Positions 1-8,095 of a DNA stretch of 15,393 nt are shown here, piece after piece. The translations under genes and the position numbers were made by a program. The notes beneath the pieces were generated by a model. The model had not been told where the DNA came from. It saw nothing but the letters and a program-made list of their open reading frames with translations, and searched no databases. Positions within the stretch are counted from its first letter, which is position 1. Each line of letters begins with the position of its first letter. This DNA is from Promethearchaeota archaeon (GTDB taxonomy: Archaea > Asgardarchaeota > Lokiarchaeia > Sigyniarchaeales > SOKP01). The stretch spans positions 84,097 through 99,489 of the forward strand of contig JBHLNT010000002.1 in NCBI GenBank assembly GCA_048941265.1. Reading direction: 5' to 3'.

Positions 1-116
1 TCAATTTATAATTCTGAAACAAACAGGGTTGATTGGACATGGGACAGAGACGGACTTTATATGATGAAGGATATTGTGTAACTACTGATATTTGTAATAA
101 TATATATATTACAGTA
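1..116 (+). pseudogene. Probable decayed fragment of an SBBP/beta-propeller repeat gene (truncated by the window edge)
   Basis: Frame 1 reads ...VDWTWDRDGL, then frame 3 continues YDEGYCVTTDICNNIYIT. Joined across a frameshift near 55-60 this resembles an SBBP-type blade (W.TWGG...D.GY.VA.D...NIYITG). The sequence afterwards becomes low-complexity and AT-rich. Confidence 0.4.
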
Positions 117-412
117 ATTCCCTTTAATATTGTTGGAGATTTCTCATGCTCTATTACCCATTTTAATTTATTATATCCTTTTACTGTGAATAATTTAATA
201 ATTATTTCTGCTACTAAACTCCTAACCATAGATTCATTATCTGAAAGTATTAAAAAATTAAATCTTTAATCATAAATATTTTTTGAAAATCTTAATACAT
301 TTTTATTAATTTATCTATTTTCAGTCGAAATTTATATCTTTGCTTATATCTACTTGACTTTTTTTTATTAATCAGTTTGGATGGTCCTTGCAAAAAATGA
401 GTACGAAGATAG

Positions 413-428
413 GTGTGAAATTTCACAC
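413..428. promoter_or_regulatory. Perfect 16-bp palindrome GTGTGAAA|TTTCACAC upstream of cdhA; candidate operator
   Basis: The exact inverted repeat is seen directly, about 170 bp upstream of the cdhA start. An operator role is inference. Confidence 0.5.
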
Positions 429-597
429 TTTTTCTGCGAAAGTTAGATTTACGCCTTAGTTTTAAAATATAATAATTAGACTTTAGTTTCTATTCTCTTG
501 TTACTATCGTAGAAAAAAGAACTTAAAATAAAATCAAAGATAAAACTAAATATATTATTAATTAAATAAAAAAAATTTAGATGATGTGAAAAAAAAT

Positions 598-2946
598 ATG
601 AGTAAAAAAGGCGCAAAAATTAAAATTGATTCATATAAGGGCCCTATGGGCTCAATCAAAGGATTCGAATTGACTACTGGTAAAGTATCTTACGGCGACG
701 AGACGGAATGGGAACCGATAGGACCTACTCCTGAGCCTCACATTCCTACGCTCCGTCCATGGTTTATGAAGCTGATGGAGCGCTATAAACCTTTCTATAT
801 GCCTATTTGTGACATGTGTTGCCTCTGTACGTATGGTAAATGTAATTTGTCTAAGGGCAGGACTGGTGCTTGCGGTATTAACATGGAAACTCAACAATCA
901 AGAATCGTAGAGATTGCATGTTGTATTGGAGCGAGTTGCCACTCGGCGCACGGTGATCATCTGTTACATTGGTTAAAAGAGAAATATGGCAATGTACCCA
1001 TCAATTTTGGAAATAATATTGCCGTAGAAATGCCTCATACTCGTTTAGTAGTTGGTATGAAGCCAGAAACATTAGAGGATTTAGAAACTGCGATGGAATG
1101 GGTCCACTTTACAATTACGCACCTTTTAGCAGCTGGACATACCGGACAGGAATCAAGTTATTTAGATTACGAAGCAAAAAGTTTCTTAGCAGGTTTAGCG
1201 GATTCTGTTGGAATGGAAATTTCTGATGCAGTTCAAATTGCAGCGTATGGGTTTCCAATGGGAGATCCCAATGTCCCGATTGTGGAATTAGGAATGGGGA
1301 CTATGGATACCGAAAATAAAGCAACTATTTTAATGATTGGACATAATGTAGCTCCTGGGGTTGAATTGGTGGATTATATTAGAGAAAAAGGTTATGAAGA
1401 TAAGCTCGATATTGGTGCAATCTGTTGTACTGCTCATGATTTAACGCGATATTATGATGGAGCAAAAGTTATAGGCTCAATGTCACGACAATTACACTTT
1501 ATTCGCTCAGGATTGGCGGATGTGGTCATGGTCGATGAGCAATGTGTCAACTTAAGAAGTTTTGAACAAGCTCAACTTGTTGGTGCCCCATTTATTGCAA
1601 CAAATGAAAAAAACATGGGGGGGCATCCAGATAGAACAAATGATCCTATTGATGAAATTGTTGATGATTTAGTAAGTGGTCGGGCCCCAAGTGCGTTAAT
1701 TCTCGATCCTATTAAAGCTGGAGCAGTTGCCGCTGAAACTGCAATTAAAGTAAGACCACTCAGAAAGGCCAAGAGTGGAGTTCCAGACGAGCAAGGCTGT
1801 ATTGATATGGCATATCATTGTAATGGATGTGGAAATTGTCAGAGAAATTGTCCAAACGATTTACCTCTTGTAGAAGGAGTTAAATTAGCAAAAGAAGGAG
1901 ATTTTTCAGTACTAGAAGATGTTTTTGATGAATGTTTAGGTTGCGGTAGATGTGAAGCGGATTGTATGAAAGGTGTTTCTCCTTTAACCTTATTAATGTA
2001 TGCGGGACGAGAAAAAATAAGACATGAAAAATTTAATGTTAGAGCCGGTCGGGGGCCAATCATGGACACCGAAATTCGAAATGTAGGAGCTCCAATTGTC
2101 TTGGGGGAAATTCCTGGAATTGTTGCGATAATCGGGTGTGCTAGTTATGGAAAAGAAATTCAAGAATTATATAAAATGGCTGAAGAGTTTTGTAAAAGAA
2201 ATTATATCGTAGTAGTTTCTGGTTGCGGAGCAATGGATATTGGTCTCGTGAAGGATGAAGATGGTAAGACCTTATATGATAGGTTTCCAGGAGATTTTGA
2301 CCGTGGAGGATTAGTTAATGTAGGATCTTGTGTGTCAAATCCTCATATTACTGGTGCCGCTTGTAAAGTTGCTAATATTTTCGCAAGACGTCCATTAAGA
2401 GGAAATTTTGAAGAAATCGCTGATTACATCTTAAACAGAGTTGGCGCATGTGGAGTTGCTTGGGGTGCAATGAGTCAAAAAGCAGCAAGTATTGCAAGTA
2501 TGGCTAATGGATTGGGCGTACCTGCGGTTGTTGGTCCGCATGCTGCTGAATATAGAAGGATGTATATTGGCAAATCATATGAAGAAGACAATTGGAAAGT
2601 TTGGAACGCAAGAGATGGAACTCCCGATCATGTGGTAGGGCCCGGTCCAGAACACTTATTAACAACGGCAGAGACAATTGAAGATGCGATTTGTTTAGTC
2701 GCTAAACTATGTTTAAGACCAGCTGACAATTCAAAAGGAAGAATGATTAAATTGTCTCACTGGATTGACTTAGAACGTAAATATAAGGGAGTTGATTTTC
2801 CAGATGATTTAGAGAAATTTATTCGTGTAGAAGCAGATATTCCGATCAACTTGAAAACTGAAATTCAGGACTTTCTAAAAGAGAAAGGTTGGAAACCAAA
2901 AGAAATTGTTGACCCAACCTTGCTTGAAAGGCTTTGTCACACATAA
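598..2946 (+). CDS. cdhA: CO dehydrogenase/acetyl-CoA synthase (ACDS) complex alpha subunit, archaeal-type Ni-CODH
   Basis: B/D-cluster motif CDMCCLCTYGKC..GACG. C-cluster ligand motifs IGHN, ICCTAHD, DEQC, IIGC, SGCGA and GSCVSN, plus catalytic-Lys motif WGAMSQKA. Two ferredoxin-type motifs (CNGCGNCQRNC, CLGCGRCEADC) are typical of archaeal CdhA, and the C-terminus is DPTLL. ATG 598 is preferred over GTG 586 because an SD-like GATGTGA lies at 583-589. Confidence 0.96.
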   Translation: MSKKGAKIKIDSYKGPMGSIKGFELTTGKVSYGDETEWEPIGPTPEPHIPTLRPWFMKLMERYKPFYMPICDMCCLCTYGKCNLSKGRTGACGINMETQQSRIVEIACCIGASCHSAHGDHLLHWLKEKYGNVPINFGNNIAVEMPHTRLVVGMKPETLEDLETAMEWVHFTITHLLAAGHTGQESSYLDYEAKSFLAGLADSVGMEISDAVQIAAYGFPMGDPNVPIVELGMGTMDTENKATILMIGHNVAPGVELVDYIREKGYEDKLDIGAICCTAHDLTRYYDGAKVIGSMSRQLHFIRSGLADVVMVDEQCVNLRSFEQAQLVGAPFIATNEKNMGGHPDRTNDPIDEIVDDLVSGRAPSALILDPIKAGAVAAETAIKVRPLRKAKSGVPDEQGCIDMAYHCNGCGNCQRNCPNDLPLVEGVKLAKEGDFSVLEDVFDECLGCGRCEADCMKGVSPLTLLMYAGREKIRHEKFNVRAGRGPIMDTEIRNVGAPIVLGEIPGIVAIIGCASYGKEIQELYKMAEEFCKRNYIVVVSGCGAMDIGLVKDEDGKTLYDRFPGDFDRGGLVNVGSCVSNPHITGAACKVANIFARRPLRGNFEEIADYILNRVGACGVAWGAMSQKAASIASMANGLGVPAVVGPHAAEYRRMYIGKSYEEDNWKVWNARDGTPDHVVGPGPEHLLTTAETIEDAICLVAKLCLRPADNSKGRMIKLSHWIDLERKYKGVDFPDDLEKFIRVEADIPINLKTEIQDFLKEKGWKPKEIVDPTLLERLCHT

Positions 2947-2959
2947 ACTAAATTTAATC

Positions 2960-2988
2960 TTTTTCTTTTTCTTAATTTTTCATTTTTT
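2960..2988 (+). terminator. Oligo(T) archaeal-type terminator after cdhA
   Basis: Several T tracts (TTTTTCTTTTTC..TTTTT..TTTTTT) start 14 nt after the stop, in the gap before a convergent gene. Confidence 0.5.
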
Positions 2989-3026
2989 GACAATACTAAT
3001 TAATTATTTACTAATTTTTTGTTTAA

Positions 3027-3875
3027 TTAGTCTTTTTTTAAGTCTCTTAAGATACCTTCCATTCGAATTGTGACATTATTCCTTAAGAATATAAGATGGT
3101 CGGTTGGAATATAGAATTTGTTCTTTTTAATCCCCTGAAATAACTTATCTGCTACTTCCTGTGGTGTAATTCCATTCTCAATCGCCTGCTGATATACTTT
3201 TATAATTGGATCAAATTCGGGATTTGCTTTTAAATTATGTCGCAGCTCTTCTGGTCGATTTCGCTCACTTTCTGTTAAATTTGTTTTAACAAAACCAGGA
3301 CATAAAGCAAATACTTTAATTTTTGAACCAATACGTTGCAATTCATGCTTTAAAGACTCAGAAATGGCAACTACGGTGTGTTTGGTAATACTATAAATTC
3401 CAACTCCTAACACAGGAGTAATTAATCCGGCCATAGAAGCGGTGTTAACCAAATAACATTCATTATTTTGTTTAAGCATTATTGGAATAAAAACGTAAAT
3501 TCCATGAATTACACCCCACACATTTACGTTTAAAATCCAATTCCAATCTGATATTGGATATTCCCAAATATTAGTGGAAGTCTTAGTTGCAAATCCTACT
3601 CCCGCATTATTCACTAATAAATGAACTTCCTTAAACCTAGCTAGCACTTTTTGTGCTAAATTTTCAACCTCATCAATTTTTGAAACATCTGCAACTATGC
3701 TTAAGACTTCTACTCCTGTAGATTTTATATCTTTTTCAGTCTGAGATAATGATTTTTCTTCTATATCAGAGACAACAATTCTCATGCCCTCTTTTGCACA
3801 TTTTTCAGCTATACCACGTCCTATACCACTCGCAGCGCCTGTGATAACGGCTACTTTATCCTTAAAATCTATCAT
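3027..3875 (-). CDS. Classical short-chain dehydrogenase/reductase (SDR), NAD(P)-dependent
   Basis: TGAASGIG Rossmann motif, NNAG, NTAS catalytic Ser, YSITK (YxxxK) and CPGFVKT. Confidence 0.95.
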   Translation of the reverse strand: MIDFKDKVAVITGAASGIGRGIAEKCAKEGMRIVVSDIEEKSLSQTEKDIKSTGVEVLSIVADVSKIDEVENLAQKVLARFKEVHLLVNNAGVGFATKTSTNIWEYPISDWNWILNVNVWGVIHGIYVFIPIMLKQNNECYLVNTASMAGLITPVLGVGIYSITKHTVVAISESLKHELQRIGSKIKVFALCPGFVKTNLTESERNRPEELRHNLKANPEFDPIIKVYQQAIENGITPQEVADKLFQGIKKNKFYIPTDHLIFLRNNVTIRMEGILRDLKKD

Positions 3876-4015
3876 GAATCCTTATTTTCCTATGAATAAT
3901 TTTGGAATTTATTGGATTTTTAATTAATATAATAATTAGATCATAAATATTTAAAAAACTAATTATTCACAGATTCATTATAATTTATATTAAGTTATCA
4001 AAAATCTGATGAAAC

Positions 4016-4219
4016 ATGGATAAACAGTTGTTAAAATTATCAAAATTATGTGAACACTGGGCAAATCATAATAATTCTCATAAAGAGAATTTTTTGAAGT
4101 GGAGGGAAATAGCACAAGAAAAAGGATTAGATTCGATAGTTGAAAAATTAAACCAAGCCATTGAAATGATGGATAAATGTAGCGAAAGTTTATTGTCTAT
4201 AACTAGAGAATTAAAATAG
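4016..4219 (+). CDS. Small helical CooJ-like nickel-binding protein
   Basis: 67 aa, two amphipathic helices. HWANHNNSH matches H(W/F)x2Hx3H, the CooJ-family signature. It lies about 1.07 kb downstream of cdhA on the same strand. Confidence 0.7.
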   Translation: MDKQLLKLSKLCEHWANHNNSHKENFLKWREIAQEKGLDSIVEKLNQAIEMMDKCSESLLSITRELK

Positions 4220-4280
4220 AATCAAATGATCCCGTTAAATTTTAAAATAACCTATAAAAAAGAGAAATTAAAAGAAATAT

Positions 4281-5486
4281 TTATACGAACATATTTATTA
4301 ATGGTAGTAATTGTTCTCTAAAATACTCCAGTTTAGTATCAAGTAATTCTGGTTTCTCTGAAAGAAGCCATAGATATACGGGAATTTGTAAATCAGAGTA
4401 CTCAAACAATTTCTCTCCCCTTATCGCAATACCATTTAATGGAAGTTCAAGGACTATTGTTCTTTCCCGGATTAACCCAGTTGAATGATGAAAATTGGAA
4501 AGGGTTTGCAGTAATAAAGCAGTGTTGTTGATCAAACTTTCATCTGTAGTATTTTTGGTAAAACTTCCAAAGATTAAGCCATCCATTGAAATAATGCTAA
4601 TCGCTCTTCCTCCAATTTGAGTGCAGAAATCTTCAAGAATATGTTCTACTATTTCAGAAGTCTCAGAAACCTTCATAAGAGCAGCACTGAACATTTGCAT
4701 TATGGTCTCTCTTTGAAAAATTGAGGTATCATAATAATCAATTTTAAATTTATTAAATTCCTCTTGAACGGCGTTAAATTTACTCTTAACGGTATCAACA
4801 TTTTTTTGCCATTGAAGAGTTCTTCGAATATCTTGATCGCTTTTATGAAGAACTATTGCTATAGGTGGATATTCTTTTAATTCATCTAAAACTTTCAGGA
4901 CTTGCTTAAAATAATTAGCTGATTCTGAGAATCTATCTGAATCTTGTGAATCTATTACATATAAAACTAAATCTACTTCACCAAAATATATTTCAGGTTT
5001 AGTAAAATACATTTTTTCACGATATTGGACCTGTCCACCTAAATCCCAGGAAATAATAGGATACCCAAAGAAATCTAATTTTTCACGCTGAACTCCACGA
5101 GTAGGCATCAAATCTTTAATAATTGAAAATTTATCTTCTAAGACTGCGAGTATGGAAGTTTTACCCCCATTATCAAGTCCAATCATAAGGAGTTTCTTTT
5201 GAGCTTTTAGCTGTGCTGTTACTGCTTTTTCAAGAACCTGGGCAATTTTAATCCATTTAGTAACTATTGGCTCTGGAATAGTTCTTATCTCTGGTGGACT
5301 CTCAACATTCAGATTCGCTAGATCCTGAATATTATTAATCCTATGTTCTTTAAGTGCTTCGGCACTTACATTATCAATACCAATGAGAGTGTCTGGACGA
5401 AATCCTAATACTTCTTCAAGTTCATTAATAATTACATTACTCTTAAAAAAATCTTTAATTTTTTGATCTTTATTAATTTCAGACAT
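4281..5486 (-). CDS. Arf/Rag-like small GTPase with an N-terminal HhH-like domain and a C-terminal Roadblock/longin-like domain
   Basis: G1 GLDNGGKTS, G2 PTRG, G3 WDLGGQ, G4 HKSD, G5 TSI. The C-terminal ILEDF..GRAISIISMDGLIFGS is a Roadblock-like helix/beta-beta pattern. The N-terminal LIGIDNVSAEALKEHRINNIQDLA is an HhH-like pattern. Confidence 0.88.
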   Translation of the reverse strand: MSEINKDQKIKDFFKSNVIINELEEVLGFRPDTLIGIDNVSAEALKEHRINNIQDLANLNVESPPEIRTIPEPIVTKWIKIAQVLEKAVTAQLKAQKKLLMIGLDNGGKTSILAVLEDKFSIIKDLMPTRGVQREKLDFFGYPIISWDLGGQVQYREKMYFTKPEIYFGEVDLVLYVIDSQDSDRFSESANYFKQVLKVLDELKEYPPIAIVLHKSDQDIRRTLQWQKNVDTVKSKFNAVQEEFNKFKIDYYDTSIFQRETIMQMFSAALMKVSETSEIVEHILEDFCTQIGGRAISIISMDGLIFGSFTKNTTDESLINNTALLLQTLSNFHHSTGLIRERTIVLELPLNGIAIRGEKLFEYSDLQIPVYLWLLSEKPELLDTKLEYFREQLLPLINMFV

Positions 5487-5778
5487 AGTACATCGGGTAA
5501 AATTTCTTTTTTCTTTCGTATAAGTTTAAGTTAGTAATTTTGTTTAAAAAAATCTTTTATTTTCTAATTTAACTAGATAATAATTGCATTAATTTTTAAA
5601 TAATTCCATTTGAAAATAATTTTGATCATTTACTGTTTTCTGAAAAAAGGATTATAATTCAATAATGAGCTACTTTTTACTTGTTTCACTAAAATGATTA
5701 ATATAAATCTTTATCTTTAAGTAAAAAGATAGTTATTTATAATAGAAATTCGATATAACAATTAAGAATAAACTGGCT

Positions 5779-6984
5779 ATGGTAATTTATTTGTCAGAAA
5801 GACGCCCTGAAAATATTGTCATTTGCATAGATACTTCAAGATCAATGTTTAGAACGGATTACAAACCTAATAGATTAATATGTAGTATAAATGCCACTAA
5901 AAAATTAATTAATGAGAGATTAAGTTTAGACAATTCCAGTGCATTCTCGATTGTCAGTTTTTCAGATAACGCAGAGAAATTAACTGAATTCTCAAATTTA
6001 GAGGCAGAACTCTATGAATCTTTAGAAAACCTCAATTTAGGTGGTAAATCTGCTCTAGGCGATGCATTAGCACTGTCAATTAAACTAGTGATTGAAGAAT
6101 TACGTAAAATTATGGCAAAAACACCTCGAATACTCGTAGTCTCAGATGGAAATTATTCTCAATCTGCCATAGATCCAGTAAAAATGGCCCACCTCGCGCA
6201 AGGTTTAAGCATAAAAATTGACTCATTTAGAATCGGTGAAATGTCTCAGCTTAACATATTAAAAAGATTGAGCGATCTGACTGGAGGGAATTATTATTAT
6301 AGTAATTCTCCAGAGTCATTACTAGACTCCGCTCGTAGATTAGCTGATGACAATTTTAAAGTTCCGAGTTTAAAGTCAGAAAAATTAATTGAAAAACCAG
6401 AATTTCTGAGAAAAATCGCAGCGAATCTTTTAAGGGTTCAAGACCTCACAAAAAGTCAAGAAACAAGAATAAAACAATTAAGGGGTGAAGCTGATTATCA
6501 AAAATGTACAATATGTTTCTCTGAAAATAATCCTTACACCAAAGGCTCTTTTTATCTCACAGGTAGATATTGTCCTAATTGCCAAACACCTTATCATGTA
6601 CATTGTTTAGCATCATGGGCCGCCTCTCAAACAGATCAAATTTTAAGCGAATCTGGTACCTGTAGATGTCCTCATTGCTTTTATTTGCTAAAAATTCCTT
6701 CTGAAGTAACTCAAATCCAAAAATTAAAAATATTAACAGGTAACAGTTCTCAAAAACAAATCGGGATTGGAAAATCTGAGATAGTTCCCGCTGATTTGAT
6801 AAATATTTCTAATCTAGGCGAAGAGGCTCTTTATAAATCATGTCCGGTCTGTCATTTAATATTTGAAGAAGACCAAAAGGTCGTAAGATGCCCTATTTGT
6901 AACGAAATCTATCATGAGCCTTGTTTTAAAGAACTTGATAATTCAATGTGCAAAAATTGTTTTTCTAAACTGCACTTATATTAA
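5779..6984 (+). CDS. vWA domain protein with two C-terminal C4HC3 RING-like zinc fingers (Ssl1/p44- or Rpn10-like vWA)
   Basis: MIDAS DTSRS ... VVSDG and LTGGNYY. Finger 1 is CTIC..CPNCQTPYHVHCLASW..CPHC (6505-6678). Finger 2 is CPVC..CPICNEIYHEPC..CKNC (6841-6960). Confidence 0.88.
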   Translation: MVIYLSERRPENIVICIDTSRSMFRTDYKPNRLICSINATKKLINERLSLDNSSAFSIVSFSDNAEKLTEFSNLEAELYESLENLNLGGKSALGDALALSIKLVIEELRKIMAKTPRILVVSDGNYSQSAIDPVKMAHLAQGLSIKIDSFRIGEMSQLNILKRLSDLTGGNYYYSNSPESLLDSARRLADDNFKVPSLKSEKLIEKPEFLRKIAANLLRVQDLTKSQETRIKQLRGEADYQKCTICFSENNPYTKGSFYLTGRYCPNCQTPYHVHCLASWAASQTDQILSESGTCRCPHCFYLLKIPSEVTQIQKLKILTGNSSQKQIGIGKSEIVPADLINISNLGEEALYKSCPVCHLIFEEDQKVVRCPICNEIYHEPCFKELDNSMCKNCFSKLHLY

Positions 6985-7086
6985 ATTTAAATATAAATGA
7001 GAAAGTACCTTTTTTTATCTATTAATGCAAATTTTAAAAAACTAAATATCTTTTATCAGATAATTAAACTAAAAATTTGAGAAAAA

Positions 7087-7965
7087 ATGTCAGAAAACAC
7101 ATACTATATTTATGGAGATATAAAATTGGGAAGAGGAAATTTTGATTTGCCCCCTGTACTTATCGGGACAATCTTTTACCAAGGGCAAACTATTATAGAC
7201 CGAAAAAATCCTGAGATTTTTGACGTTGAAAAGGCAAAAAAAAGAATAAGTAACCATAAAGCATTAGCTAAGCAATATAAGATTCCAGATTTAATAGAAT
7301 TAAACGCAGACACTCCTGATGCCATGATAAAATACTTGGAATTTTACATAGACAATTTTGGACCTCCTTTTGTGTTAGGAGGTACTTTTGATGCGAGACT
7401 TGCAGGTATTGAGTATTTAAAAGAAAGAGGAATTGGACCTAATGAATATATTTACAACACTATTTCAAATCTTAAAAATAAAAAAGAAGTAGAAGTTATT
7501 CAAAAATATAAAATTGATTCCATAGTCATTTTGATAATTGGCTCTGAAAGTATGACTTCTACACAAAGATATAATTATATTATTCAAAAAAATCAACCCA
7601 ACAATGAAAGTTTACTTGATGGCTTAAAGAGATTAGGTGTCAATAAAGTATGGATTGATGGGGGAGTAATTACAATGGAAAGTTTAGCCCATATTTTAGA
7701 AACACAACGATTAATTAGTGAGTCTTTAAAAATACCTGTAGGGACAGCTCCAAATCTTTATTTGTTTAAATTTTCGTCTCCACGATTAAATCTTAAATTT
7801 CACACACGCTATAGAAGAGCATCCATAATGTTTATTGCATCATGGTATTCGAATTTTATTTTTTATGGTGCTATTGAAGATGCTAAGGAATGTTTTGCTT
7901 CAGCTTCTCAAGCAGTAGAGTTTAAAAACATCATAAAAGAGCATCACATCAAACTTTTTCAGTAA
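7087..7965 (+). CDS. MtrH-family (pterin:corrinoid) methyltransferase, divergent and standalone
   Basis: The N-terminal PPVLIGTIFYQGQTII..FDVEKAK matches the MtrH family pattern. Also AMIKYLEF, YIYNTIS, PVGTAP and FIFYGAIEDA, at the expected length of about 290 aa. Confidence 0.8.
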   Translation: MSENTYYIYGDIKLGRGNFDLPPVLIGTIFYQGQTIIDRKNPEIFDVEKAKKRISNHKALAKQYKIPDLIELNADTPDAMIKYLEFYIDNFGPPFVLGGTFDARLAGIEYLKERGIGPNEYIYNTISNLKNKKEVEVIQKYKIDSIVILIIGSESMTSTQRYNYIIQKNQPNNESLLDGLKRLGVNKVWIDGGVITMESLAHILETQRLISESLKIPVGTAPNLYLFKFSSPRLNLKFHTRYRRASIMFIASWYSNFIFYGAIEDAKECFASASQAVEFKNIIKEHHIKLFQ

Positions 7966-8095
7966 GAGTTAGACAAATAGTTTTTTAGATAAAACGATTA
8001 GTTATGCTTATTTAATTTAAATAAAACTAAAGTTTTTAAACTCGCGTATTATTAAATATTTGAAACAAAATCGATAAATTTTAAATGAGATTTTT

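Noticed and set aside
33-269. 78-aa ORF as a genuine gene
   Set aside because: It has a TTG start and a low-complexity Ile/Asn/Leu-rich tail typical of AT-rich non-coding DNA. Only a short segment looks protein-like, and that is treated as a relic.
414-427. Canonical CRP/CooA/Rex box
   Set aside because: The half-site spacer is 4 bp rather than 6, so it is kept only as an unassigned palindrome.
581-589. ATG-ATG-TGA mini-ORF or selenocysteine readthrough before cdhA
   Set aside because: It is out of frame with cdhA and better explained as the SD-like sequence. No gene in the window needs TGA readthrough, and I recognised no SECIS.
652-2069. Three minus-strand ORFs (652-897, 1572-1772, 1839-2069)
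   Set aside because: They are antisense shadows inside the well-supported cdhA and have no motifs.
7087-7965. Evidence for methanogenesis
   Set aside because: MtrH alone, with no mtrA-G or mcr in the window, does not indicate methanogenesis.
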